Assembly: GCA_963778115.1 (NCBI GenBank)
Contig: CAVZSV010000004.1
Span: 256,001 to 320,000 of the forward strand
Direction: 5' to 3'
Length of the DNA stretch: 64,000 nt
Source of the DNA: an uncultured delta proteobacterium
GTDB taxonomy: Bacteria; Bdellovibrionota; FAC87; UBA2466
The notes under the pieces are model-generated. The model was not told the DNA's origin, searched no databases, and was given only the letters and a program-made list of their open reading frames with translations. Shown here piece by piece: positions 19,778-29,043 of the stretch (position 1 is its first letter; every line of letters starts with the position of its first letter). The translations under genes were made by a program, and so were the position numbers.

Positions 19778-19793
19778 TGGGCCGAACGTTGCA
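19778..19793 (+). promoter_or_regulatory. Possible sigma-54 (-24/-12) promoter
   Basis: TGGGCC-GAACG-TTGCA (GG-N10-GC), 37 bp upstream of the DUF2844 ATG. Confidence 0.35.
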
Positions 19794-19830
19794 AAGACAA
19801 TCCTTAACGAGGAGATCCGGGGGTACACAC

Positions 19831-20286
19831 ATGTCTCGCGCAACGGGGTTACTGGCTATGGCACTGGCACTCCTGTGCCGTCCCTCTCTGGCTACACTGG
19901 GAAAATCGGACACTACCATAGAAAGCGATCGCATCTCGATGGTGGGCCAACGCAACACCACTATTCAAAGAACAAATTTTACGATCACTGAGATCGCAAA
20001 CAAAACGCTAACGATGCGTGAATATGCTTCGGCGGAGGGAACGGTATTTTGTCTTAAATGGAAGGGTTTACACCATCCCGATCTAAGCAAATGGCTTGGA
20101 GACTACCACAGCGATTTTGTCGCAGCCCAAAAAAGGACCACTAAACAACGAGGAAGCCGAGGATTCTCTTCGGTGCAAGGCAACGACGTCATCGTCCAAA
20201 GATATGGGCACATGGGAGCCGTTCAAGGCACTGCCTGTGTATCGGCCCTTTTTCCAGCGGGGGTTACATCCCATGATATTCAATAA
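19831..20286 (+). CDS. DUF2844-family secreted protein
   Basis: Signal peptide-ATLG, MREYASAEGTVFCLKWKG..HPDLSKWLGDY, YGHMGA, FPAGV; directly upstream of a DUF3443 gene. Confidence 0.8.
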   Translation: MSRATGLLAMALALLCRPSLATLGKSDTTIESDRISMVGQRNTTIQRTNFTITEIANKTLTMREYASAEGTVFCLKWKGLHHPDLSKWLGDYHSDFVAAQKRTTKQRGSRGFSSVQGNDVIVQRYGHMGAVQGTACVSALFPAGVTSHDIQ

Positions 20287-21583
20287 GACATTCGCCGCTC
20301 TGAACGGCGCCATCCTGATTTTTCTGCTTTCTGGTTGCAACCTTTTTAATGTCACTACAACTACCGGCGGCGGAAGTAACACCGGAAATACCCGTACGAG
20401 CACGACAAGTAGTACCGTGGGATTAAATATAATGACGGTGACGGTGAATGGTTCGCTTTGTGATCCCAACAACCAATACTCTAATCAGCCGTGCACTAGT
20501 GTCACAATCTGCCAGCCTGGGACTACTAACTGCCAAACGATAAACAATATTTTGCTCGATACGGGAAGTTACGGCCTTCGTATCTTTCAATCCGCCATTA
20601 CCGTTGCTCTGACACCGGTGACAAGTGGGTCGGGAACACTTGCAGAGTGTGCCGGATTCGGCGACGGCTCCAGCGAATGGGGAATGGTCGAAATGGCCGG
20701 CGTTCAATTAGGCGCCGAGCCTGTAGTCAATGTTCCTATCGAAGTCGTGAACTACCAATATGCGACACCGCCAGCCGTCTGCTCTTCTTCAGAAAGCACT
20801 CCCGATACGGGAGAATCTGAAACCGGCTACAACGGAATCTTAGGCGTCGGACAGTGGGCCCAAGACTGCGGACCCAGTACGGATGGTTCAGGAAATAACG
20901 ATTGCGTCACCGATGCGAGTAACGAACAGTACTATATTTGTACGGGATATAACTGCGTTCCCGGTACCGCCAGTATGGCCGATCAGGTAACCAATCCCGT
21001 CACCTTCCTCCCTTATGACAATAATGGAGTTGTCTTGACTTTACCCGCGGTCCCTCAATGGGGAGCGGCATCTCTCGATGGAACGTTGCTGTTAGGAGTG
21101 GGAACCCAATCCAACAACACGCCTTCGGGAGTCACGACCTATACCGCAACTGAAGACTCCTCTTTTAGCACGATCTTTAGCGCATTTAGTTCAAGCCCTG
21201 TGGTAAGTTTCATCGATAGCGGATCTAATATGATTTTCCATCCCGCGATCTCGGCCCTGCCGGATTGTGGGAATACTTACGGTACGGATTATACGGGACT
21301 GGACTGCCCGTATTACATTCAAAACTTAACGGCCACGAACTATGGGCAAAACGGAATGAGTGGGTCTATAGCGTTCTCCATCGGCAATGACTACTCGATA
21401 TTAAATTACAGCGCTTACTACGTTTCGCCTATGCTGGGAGGCAATACCGGCACCGGTTCTCAAGCAAGTACCGATCCAGCTTACTTCGACTGGGGGCTAC
21501 CGTTTTTCTTCGGCCGATCGGTCTATGTAGGCTTCGTTAATAGCAGCTCGACACTGGCGAACGGTCCTTATTGGGCTTATTAA
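20273..21583 (+). CDS. DUF3443-family lipoprotein, pepsin-like aspartic protease fold
   Basis: Lipobox LSG-C; NQPCTSVTICQPGT.NCQTI.NILLDTGSYGLRI, FIDSGSN, FDWGLPFFFGRSVY. Confidence 0.82.
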   Translation: MIFNKTFAALNGAILIFLLSGCNLFNVTTTTGGGSNTGNTRTSTTSSTVGLNIMTVTVNGSLCDPNNQYSNQPCTSVTICQPGTTNCQTINNILLDTGSYGLRIFQSAITVALTPVTSGSGTLAECAGFGDGSSEWGMVEMAGVQLGAEPVVNVPIEVVNYQYATPPAVCSSSESTPDTGESETGYNGILGVGQWAQDCGPSTDGSGNNDCVTDASNEQYYICTGYNCVPGTASMADQVTNPVTFLPYDNNGVVLTLPAVPQWGAASLDGTLLLGVGTQSNNTPSGVTTYTATEDSSFSTIFSAFSSSPVVSFIDSGSNMIFHPAISALPDCGNTYGTDYTGLDCPYYIQNLTATNYGQNGMSGSIAFSIGNDYSILNYSAYYVSPMLGGNTGTGSQASTDPAYFDWGLPFFFGRSVYVGFVNSSSTLANGPYWAY

Positions 21584-21620
21584 CGATCAAAGATTAACCT
21601 TATCCCTGCCTTTGACCTAG

Positions 21621-23717
21621 CTAATCCAAAGCTCGCGTAAGTGACTGGGCCGAAGGTTGCTCTTTCATTACAATGGGAATCAACGGCACCATCGTCTTAG
21701 GCAACAGCCGAACCCGCAGAGAGATACACCGCTCTTTTGCGACAGGATCGTCGAATCGGCTCGTTACCAAAACGCTATAGGGAGCTATCTGTAACGCCTC
21801 AATAATATCCAAACCCGTTTGTGGAGATCCAATGAGTTCGTAGTCCATTAAATAAATGACATTTTCAAGAGACTTGTGTTTCTCCTGCCACGTACGAACT
21901 TGAACGGCGTTTGAGAAATGTTCAATTCTCACTCCGAATTCCGCTTCAAAGCTTTCTAGCCGCATCTGCCAAATCTCGTGAATGCTGCTCTCGTCGTCGA
22001 CGACAACGATCGTGGTCTGAGGTGTTAAGACCAATCGGGCAAAGAACCAATCGGGAGGAGTTACCCTCGGTAAGTGAATCGTGATACTTGTCCCCTTTCC
22101 TACTTCCGACTCTACTTCGAGCTGGCCGCCCCATTTTTCAACACTAGTCTTGGCATGATGGAGCCCAAGGCCAGTTCCATCGCTTTTGCCCCAAGTAGCA
22201 CCCCGAAGTCCTAGTTTGGCGATTAGTTCTGGGGCCATCCCTTTCCCGGTGTCGCGAATGACTACCGATACCCTATGATCATCACTTCCCACCGACACTT
22301 CTACCTCTCCGGTCTCGGGAATAGCCTCGACAGCATTATTAATCACATTAGAGAGCATCCGATTAAATTCAATCGGATCGACACGAGCAAATAATCCGTA
22401 ACTCATGGAGAGATCAGCGCGAAGCTGAATACCATAGCGGTTGCTTATTTGTTGTCGCTTCTCGCTCACCATGGAGTCCACGAGAGTAGAAACTAATTCT
22501 AATCCGACACCACTGGGAGCTTGAATGTCAGCTTCAACCAGCCGACTTTCCCGATAGCGGCTTAACAATCCGTTTGCGATATCTCGAATCCGGTTAACAG
22601 CAAGACGTATCACCGTACGTTCCTTCTCGGGAACGGCCGTAAGGTTTGCCGTAACCATGCTAAGAGCTGTCAATGGAGAACGAATGTCGTGAGCGACCTG
22701 ACTAGCCAAATCGGCCAACTCCTCTTGTCTTTTCGCGCGAGCTTCTAAATCGGACTGTTCTAAAATTTTCTGGGAATAAGCCGAGAGGGTTTCAGCAAGT
22801 TTTCCAAAAGCACCCGCGATTAAATTATTCTCGCGAATGACGGAACGCTTGGCGGTAAAGGCGCCTAACTCACCACGTGCAAGTTGTGCAGTATATTTCT
22901 CCGCACTCTTGATTACCGATGAGAATCCTCGCATGAAACCCAAATCAAGGAGCAGGTAAAACAATAGCCATAAGGCCAAAACCCCCAGTACGGAGGAGAC
23001 AAGCAATGTGGAGGTGAGGATTCTAGCGAAAGCATCTCCTTTAGAGTCTTTCAATCGAATGGAAGCATAGAGGGGAGGAGAATTCTCCTCATGAAAGATA
23101 GGAAGTTTGGTACCCGTACTCTCCAATCCCTCTTTTTTTTCCCCCCAATTGATATCGATATCCGCGTTTAGCATCTTAGAAAGGCGAGTCTCGGCAACGC
23201 TGTCCAAGAGGTAACCCAAGACCAGTCCCCCAACCGTCGTGTCGTACAACTTTAGCGGTGAATAGGAAAGTAACAAAGGGCGGCCATTATAGGAGACGAC
23301 CTCGATCCCTTCTCGGCCTTGCTCGAAAATAGGCTCCACCAAAGACGGACTGAGCGTCATTCCCGGCGTAAACAACGGAGTTCCTTTTCGAGAGATAATA
23401 TCAACGACTTGAAAATCGATCCCTTTCTTAATGGTTTCTAATTTCCTCTGAATTAGATCTAAGTCGCCACTTTCCGTGGCAAGCACATAGGTTCCCGACA
23501 GATCGTTATCCGCTCTAAGAATCTTGCTGAAGTTTCCCAGTTCCACTCGAGTATTTTCGAGCGAAGAGCGCAGAATCTGACCGATGTACTCCACTTGGGT
23601 CTCTTGCAGTTCGCCAAACCCTTTACGGATCGTTTGGCGCAAATGCCATACAAAAAACGCCATGACCAAGCCGACGACAACCGTGGAGAAAAGGGCAACG
23701 TACGTACGAATCCTCAT
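21621..23717 (-). CDS. Membrane sensor histidine kinase with periplasmic domain and C-terminal receiver-like domain
   Basis: Two TM helices; H-box QVAHDIRSPL; N-box NNAVEA; DTGKG; GTGLGL; receiver VVVDDE..LMDYEL..LVTS..PK. Confidence 0.9.
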   Translation of the reverse strand: MRIRTYVALFSTVVVGLVMAFFVWHLRQTIRKGFGELQETQVEYIGQILRSSLENTRVELGNFSKILRADNDLSGTYVLATESGDLDLIQRKLETIKKGIDFQVVDIISRKGTPLFTPGMTLSPSLVEPIFEQGREGIEVVSYNGRPLLLSYSPLKLYDTTVGGLVLGYLLDSVAETRLSKMLNADIDINWGEKKEGLESTGTKLPIFHEENSPPLYASIRLKDSKGDAFARILTSTLLVSSVLGVLALWLLFYLLLDLGFMRGFSSVIKSAEKYTAQLARGELGAFTAKRSVIRENNLIAGAFGKLAETLSAYSQKILEQSDLEARAKRQEELADLASQVAHDIRSPLTALSMVTANLTAVPEKERTVIRLAVNRIRDIANGLLSRYRESRLVEADIQAPSGVGLELVSTLVDSMVSEKRQQISNRYGIQLRADLSMSYGLFARVDPIEFNRMLSNVINNAVEAIPETGEVEVSVGSDDHRVSVVIRDTGKGMAPELIAKLGLRGATWGKSDGTGLGLHHAKTSVEKWGGQLEVESEVGKGTSITIHLPRVTPPDWFFARLVLTPQTTIVVVDDESSIHEIWQMRLESFEAEFGVRIEHFSNAVQVRTWQEKHKSLENVIYLMDYELIGSPQTGLDIIEALQIAPYSVLVTSRFDDPVAKERCISLRVRLLPKTMVPLIPIVMKEQPSAQSLTRALD

Positions 23718-24766
23718 GAGGGTCTACCCCACATCAGCTTTAAAACGGAATCATCAAAGACGTCACTGGACTTTACGTCCAAGTCCATCGGAATCAGTCC
23801 GTATCGCTTGGAGACTTCTAAACTCTGTCGCCATTTCAGATGGGACATGTAGCCAATCCGAGTAAGCCCGACCCCTTCAAGCAGATACCGCTGACGGAGC
23901 CTCACTTCGAGAAGCTGCTGTTTGAACGTCAGCTCCCTCGAGCCGTTGATCCAATGGTCCTTGGGATAGTACTTATCAATCACAAGCTTCGTGTAAAAAA
24001 CAGGATCCCGGTAAACTTCACGCCATCCGTCGAAGGTCACTTTAAGAAATTTTGCCAGTAGCGCTCGGTGCTTTCGAATATAGGACTCTTCAGCGAAGAA
24101 GCTCGTTCCATAATAATGAAAACCGTTCTGATTACCGGGAAATACGCGGACTTCGTACCCCAAAAGCGCAAAGGTAATCGTCCAATTGAACTCCCACGCG
24201 ATAATCCCATCCACAGCGCCGCTTCTTAGCAGGTCAACCAGTTCGGACTCGTTAAAGGTAGAAACCGGTTTGAACGTCACATCCGAGAAAGAGAGTCCGG
24301 CATGGCCCAGCATCACGCGAAACATGTCGTATTCTTGCGGAGCTAATACCCCCAGAGTTTTTCCCTTTAGATCTTTAATCGATTTAATATTAGAATTTTT
24401 GCCGACGACGATACAATTGGGATTGAGTTGGTATTGAGCCGCAAACGCCTTCACACGAGGCTTTCGCCCTGCCCATCGAACTAGGTCATGCGCGGAATGC
24501 ATTCCGATATCAGCATCCCCGCGAAGCACATTGGGAATGATTTCAAGGCCGTGAAAAACCATCCGCAAATCGATTCCTGCTTCCTTATACCATCCGCGCT
24601 TTTGCGCCGCGTACATCCCAGCAAACTCCACGTTGGGAAACCAATCCAAATAAACGCGTAATCTCTCAAGACGTTTGGCTTGGGCTGTCGTTGACACCGT
24701 AGCCAGGACGGCCCACAAAACAAAAATCCCGAGTCCCAATCGACTTTTAAAATTCCCTGTTACCAT
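23714..24766 (-). CDS. NMT1/THI5-like periplasmic substrate-binding protein
   Basis: Signal peptide (TAQA); LDWFPNVEFAGMYAAQKRGWYKEAGIDL; IKSIKDLKGKTLG. Confidence 0.85.
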   Translation of the reverse strand: MVTGNFKSRLGLGIFVLWAVLATVSTTAQAKRLERLRVYLDWFPNVEFAGMYAAQKRGWYKEAGIDLRMVFHGLEIIPNVLRGDADIGMHSAHDLVRWAGRKPRVKAFAAQYQLNPNCIVVGKNSNIKSIKDLKGKTLGVLAPQEYDMFRVMLGHAGLSFSDVTFKPVSTFNESELVDLLRSGAVDGIIAWEFNWTITFALLGYEVRVFPGNQNGFHYYGTSFFAEESYIRKHRALLAKFLKVTFDGWREVYRDPVFYTKLVIDKYYPKDHWINGSRELTFKQQLLEVRLRQRYLLEGVGLTRIGYMSHLKWRQSLEVSKRYGLIPMDLDVKSSDVFDDSVLKLMWGRPS

Positions 24767-25599
24767 TGGATGACAAACGCTCCCACGGTTACCAAACCTG
24801 CGGCGGTCAAACGCCACGCGGGATTGTCCGACTCTGCTAAATACTTAAAGCCAAGCAGGGTAATAACCACCAAATTGAGCTGAAACAAGGGGAAAACTAG
24901 CGAAATAGGTGCTACTCCCAGAGCGCGAATCAAAGCATAATAAAAAAGGCCTGCTAAGAGCCCCACAAAAACATTTCCGAAACGGATGTTTCGCGAAAAA
25001 GCCAGGATATCGGGCAGACGGCCATTTTGCTGAAGTACCGATAAAAGAAACGGCAAGCCGAACCCTATTAAGGCAATCAAACCCGGATCGACCCGGCTAC
25101 TTAGATACTTATCCGTCAACATCGCCGCCGCGGCAAAAATGGTGCAAATAACCTTGTAAAAGACTCCAATGCTTCGAAAAGACGATACTCCTCGCCTGGT
25201 TCCCAAGCCGGCTAGGATAAGAACAATCCCCAGTGCCTTGTGCCAGCTTATCCCTTCACCGAAGAGTAATACCCCTCCCACGCAAACCAGAATCAACTGA
25301 ACCTGGGCGAGTAAACTGGTTAAGCTAACTTCGATGTGCTGATCGGCTTTAAGGCTAAAAAGACAGCTGATAAACCAGAGGCCTCCCGATAAAGCTAGAA
25401 GCCCCATCAATTCTGCAGAGAGAGAGAGAGCCCCTCTATAATGAGTCACCCCAAGCGCTATTAAGACGGCTCCAAAGCTATAGCCCGCCATAAACTCGCG
25501 GTGATTTTGGGTACCTGCCAGAAAGTATCGAGTCAAAACCCGCTCGACAGAAGTAGCGCCGATCGCAAGGGTCAGCCAGCCTACCAGTTCCCAATTCAT
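24760..25599 (-). CDS. EamA/DMT-family transporter
   Basis: About 10 TM helices in two repeats; GVLLFGEGIS..KALG; ISLVFPLFQL. Confidence 0.82.
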   Translation of the reverse strand: MNWELVGWLTLAIGATSVERVLTRYFLAGTQNHREFMAGYSFGAVLIALGVTHYRGALSLSAELMGLLALSGGLWFISCLFSLKADQHIEVSLTSLLAQVQLILVCVGGVLLFGEGISWHKALGIVLILAGLGTRRGVSSFRSIGVFYKVICTIFAAAAMLTDKYLSSRVDPGLIALIGFGLPFLLSVLQQNGRLPDILAFSRNIRFGNVFVGLLAGLFYYALIRALGVAPISLVFPLFQLNLVVITLLGFKYLAESDNPAWRLTAAGLVTVGAFVIQW

Positions 25600-26279
25600 A
25601 CGCGCCTCGGTTTTCGCGCGACGATCGAATACAGGCAGGGTAACCCTCGATACCGCTCGTACTTAGCCAGTTTCAGCGGAATGCCTTCATCAAAAACCAT
25701 CCGTTCAAAATCAAGGATCTCAAGTCCCGCCTTTTCGGCTGCTTTCTTTACCGCGGTTAGCGTATGAACGTGAAAATTTACGGACACTGTCTTGTCTTCA
25801 AGGTCGAAGTTGGGACTCGAGCCTCGTTTTAGTAACTCTTCCGACGCGTCCACTAAATAAAGAACTCCACTTTCGTCGAGATTGGTCACTATCTTTGAGA
25901 AAAACAGATCCAGATCGGAAAAGTGCATGAGCGCAAGGGAACAGTTGATAAAATCGAAACGATCCTTGAGAACTTTCTTAAGGAAGTCACCGCAGACAAG
26001 TTTAGTCCTTTGATTGCTGCGTTTCTTTCGAGCGGCGGCAAGCATTCCCTTAGAGACATCTAAACCAACCACACTGGTAAAGCGTTTCTCTAGAATATTT
26101 AAGTGCCTGCCCGTTCCACACCCTAAATCAAGGGCTTTCTGGCGCTTTTCCACATACTCAGTAATGGTACGATCTCGTTTTATCTGATTGAGACGTTCAA
26201 AATCGACGAGGAAATTTTTTTCGCGATCGTAAGTGCAAGCCCAAAGATCGTAACCCCTAGCGATAGGATAAAGAGTCAT
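25596..26279 (-). CDS. Class I SAM-dependent methyltransferase
   Basis: GYDLWA.TYD, ALDLGCGTGRH, GLDVSKGML, FDFINCSLALMH. Confidence 0.88.
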   Translation of the reverse strand: MTLYPIARGYDLWACTYDREKNFLVDFERLNQIKRDRTITEYVEKRQKALDLGCGTGRHLNILEKRFTSVVGLDVSKGMLAAARKKRSNQRTKLVCGDFLKKVLKDRFDFINCSLALMHFSDLDLFFSKIVTNLDESGVLYLVDASEELLKRGSSPNFDLEDKTVSVNFHVHTLTAVKKAAEKAGLEILDFERMVFDEGIPLKLAKYERYRGLPCLYSIVARKPRRV

Positions 26280-27001
26280 TGTCTTCTTTTCCCTTCACCA
26301 GTCAAAGCTCTCAAAGCACCTTCGAAACACTTTGCCATCGAAGCAGCGAGTCGCTCGGGAGTGGGATCGTAGCTGTCCCCGTGTTTTTGGAGAGGCGTTC
26401 CATCGAGAACCAAACAGGCGGCCGATTTCACTCCTCTAAGACTCGCCGTAACAAATAAAGTGGCGCACTCCATCTCGACAGCAATCACGCCGGCACTCTG
26501 ATAAAACTCCAATGAGGTGGGAAGCTTGCCCGGGTAAAACAAGTCGGTCGAAAGTATAATTCCCGAGGATACCTTGGATGATAATTCGAGCTGAGAGATG
26601 AGATCTTGAGTCACCCCCAGAGAAGGGACTGCCGGATACTCCGTGGGAACCATAAGGCAAGACACACCGTCTTTTCGAACAGCCGCGGTAGGAACTACAA
26701 TATCGCCAATTCCAGTCTTGCCGCCTAAGCCTCCCGCCGTGCCTACGCGAATGATGGTTTTTGCTCCCGCATCGATGAGTTCCTGAAAACAGATCGCCGC
26801 CCCCGCACTCCCGACGCCGTGGGAGGTAATCAAAATGTCTTTGCCTAAAAATTTTCCCAAAAAAGAATGGTACTCTCGATTTTTCGCAATGGGGGAAGCT
26901 TCATCTAGTTGAGAAGCAAACCACGCCGCTCTTTCCGGAGATCCACAGACCACGACATTTCGGTTTTTTTCCGAAAAGGGAATTTGGAGATGGGTTTTCA
27001 C
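26276..27001 (-). CDS. Nucleoside phosphorylase (PNP/UDP-1 family)
   Basis: CGSPER, NREY, SHGVG, IIRVGTAG, AVEMECATL. Confidence 0.9.
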   Translation of the reverse strand: MKTHLQIPFSEKNRNVVVCGSPERAAWFASQLDEASPIAKNREYHSFLGKFLGKDILITSHGVGSAGAAICFQELIDAGAKTIIRVGTAGGLGGKTGIGDIVVPTAAVRKDGVSCLMVPTEYPAVPSLGVTQDLISQLELSSKVSSGIILSTDLFYPGKLPTSLEFYQSAGVIAVEMECATLFVTASLRGVKSAACLVLDGTPLQKHGDSYDPTPERLAASMAKCFEGALRALTGEGKRRQ

Positions 27002-27678
27002 GAAGTGTGCTCCGTACCGACCGCGTGGGAATCGCTAGCCCCAACCCTTGTCCGGCCCGCAAAGCCCGCTCTTTTCGAATTTCGAAAGACCCCCAGATCC
27101 GCAATCTTTTTGAAGATGGTGCTCTTGGCTAAACCAATCTTACAAGCAACCCGAATAGCATCGTCGTCATAAAGTTCAAGGGCGGCTTCCAAATAAGCTT
27201 TCTCGGATTTTCTAAGGAAAGTGGCATAGCCTTCTGGGCTTAACTCTTCGACCTGTTTCGGCAGAAAAACGTCCGCTTGATTTTGCGAGCAGATATCTTT
27301 GAGCCGAAAATTTGCATGGCTCATGGCAACCGGGATCCTGACCATAAGATCGGGAATCAAGTTGTCGGATTTGACGATGTAGTCGTCAGCACCGGCAGCG
27401 ATGCATTTGTTGACGGCGTTAAAATCGCTGTCGCCGGTCATAATGATGACAGCAGCGTGGGGGCAAATTTCCCTAACAAGCGGGATAAGCGTAATTCCGT
27501 TCCCGTCGGGGAGCCCTTTATCGAGAAGAACCACTTGGACGGAGGAGTTTAATTTTTCCTTGGCCTCTTTGAGATTGGCTGCCAACTCCACTTCATTTTG
27601 AACGCCTAATAGGAGGCGTATCGCCCCCTGAAGAGAGATATCGTCTTCCACGACTAAAATTCTCAGACCTAAGGCCAT
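26998..27678 (-). CDS. Response regulator, receiver plus Fis-type HTH (no sigma-54 AAA domain)
   Basis: ILVVEDD, LLDKGLPDGNG, IMTG, DYIVK; C-terminal EKAYLEAAL...ACKIGLAKSTIFKKI. Confidence 0.88.
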   Translation of the reverse strand: MALGLRILVVEDDISLQGAIRLLLGVQNEVELAANLKEAKEKLNSSVQVVLLDKGLPDGNGITLIPLVREICPHAAVIIMTGDSDFNAVNKCIAAGADDYIVKSDNLIPDLMVRIPVAMSHANFRLKDICSQNQADVFLPKQVEELSPEGYATFLRKSEKAYLEAALELYDDDAIRVACKIGLAKSTIFKKIADLGVFRNSKRAGFAGRTRVGASDSHAVGTEHTS

Positions 27679-27688
27679 AATGCGACGT

Positions 27689-27718
27689 GTTATAGCATGT
27701 AATTTCGACCATGGTCCA
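27689..27718 (-). promoter_or_regulatory. Putative extended -10 promoter with a palindrome overlapping the -35 region
   Basis: Minus strand TGGACC-18 nt-TATAAC with a TG extension; GACCATGGTC palindrome at 27707-27716; -10 lies only 10 nt from the ATG and no SD is visible. Confidence 0.45.
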
Positions 27719-27770
27719 TTTTTTTGTACTACAGGCTATATTTATGGACTTCCCTATAAATTAGGCGGGG

Positions 27771-28577
27771 TTAGACATCCAGGGTGAGGCAGAAGATTTG
27801 AGCAAAAAGACTAGCTCCAAAGAAGTAGACGTTTAGGGCAAACGCCCCCATTCCGTGAATTCCAAAGACCAGCACCACGGCAACAACGCGGAGGAGTTTA
27901 CGACTTTGCGGCAGATAGATCCAAGCCACCAAGACCATGGGAAGAATGGTCTCCACCACAATGGTCATCCACGCCAAGATCGCATTACCGTGAAGGCCTG
28001 AAATCCAGCTCTTATAAAAGGCGGGATAATACCAGGATAACGCGGTCGCTAGATAATTTTGCCGTACGTAAAGGTCTCCTCCGGATAAAAAGGACGGATT
28101 CAATTTCATGAAGGCGCTGGAGAGATAGATCCAAGCGGTTTGAAAAATCAGAAGATTCCGTGGCCACTGAAGCCCGAGCTTGGTCGACGGATTAGGATCT
28201 TTGCCTAAATTCTCGGTATCACATTGAGTGAGGATTAACGTGACCGCACAGTAGTAAAGGTAATCATTGATAGGGTAATGCCACGCCTCTATAAGTCTCG
28301 CCGCAAATGCAAAAAGAAAAAACCAACGGGACTGCCAGCCGATAAGTAGCGCAATTCCAGAAACGATGAGTATGCCCTGACAAATGGTCAAGGAGTCGTG
28401 AAAAGAAGGCGCACCGATACTCCACAAGTAAATCTCCGTACGGTGAAAACAGATATCGATAATGTCGTACGTGAGCCAAACAGCCGCAAAGGCCCTGCGA
28501 AAATAGGTCAGAGATCTCCTGGGGCAAGTAGCCTCAGACCACGCCGCAAGCCTTTTATAGACAAGCCAGTTCGTCAT
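27771..28577 (-). CDS. HTTM-domain membrane protein (vitamin K-dependent carboxylase N-domain-like)
   Basis: FRRAFA, FQTAWIYLSSAFMKLNPSFLSG, VVET, FGIH; multiple TM helices. Confidence 0.65.
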   Translation of the reverse strand: MTNWLVYKRLAAWSEATCPRRSLTYFRRAFAAVWLTYDIIDICFHRTEIYLWSIGAPSFHDSLTICQGILIVSGIALLIGWQSRWFFLFAFAARLIEAWHYPINDYLYYCAVTLILTQCDTENLGKDPNPSTKLGLQWPRNLLIFQTAWIYLSSAFMKLNPSFLSGGDLYVRQNYLATALSWYYPAFYKSWISGLHGNAILAWMTIVVETILPMVLVAWIYLPQSRKLLRVVAVVLVFGIHGMGAFALNVYFFGASLFAQIFCLTLDV

Positions 28578-28974
28578 CTATTTCAGTTCCCTTGGGTACA
28601 AAACACCGCAGTCGAATGCGACTGCCGTTATGGGGTCCTCCCATTCCGCATAGCCATTGCGCGACTCCGCGGTATTGGTCGATATGATCGTAAATAATGT
28701 CGAATTCCATTGTCGTTCCAAACTGCCGCAGCGAAGACAATGCCCCTAGAGGCCCTTGCAATGGTGGGTCCCAGGTGACGCCACAGCGTTCAACGCGGTT
28801 ACTGAACATGTCCCAAGAAAAAGGAACTCGAACCGGGTCATGCACAAAAGGGCTAAAGCCCATTTTGAATTGAAAGATAATCGCAAATAACTGAGGAACC
28901 CCAACCAACAGTAAAAACCCCACCAGATAGAAGGGAGAATTCCTCCGAAAGTATTTTGCGGGTGAAAATTTCAT
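28555..28974 (-). CDS. Small membrane-anchored partner of the HTTM protein
   Basis: One TM helix, PFSWDMFS motif, three Cys in the soluble part; overlaps the HTTM start. Confidence 0.55.
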   Translation of the reverse strand: MKFSPAKYFRRNSPFYLVGFLLLVGVPQLFAIIFQFKMGFSPFVHDPVRVPFSWDMFSNRVERCGVTWDPPLQGPLGALSSLRQFGTTMEFDIIYDHIDQYRGVAQWLCGMGGPHNGSRIRLRCFVPKGTEIDDELACL

Positions 28975-29043
28975 GGAATGATCTATATCTTACCGCAGGA
29001 ACCGATCCTTCCACCAGGTGATTAGATGAGATATCATAGGGGC

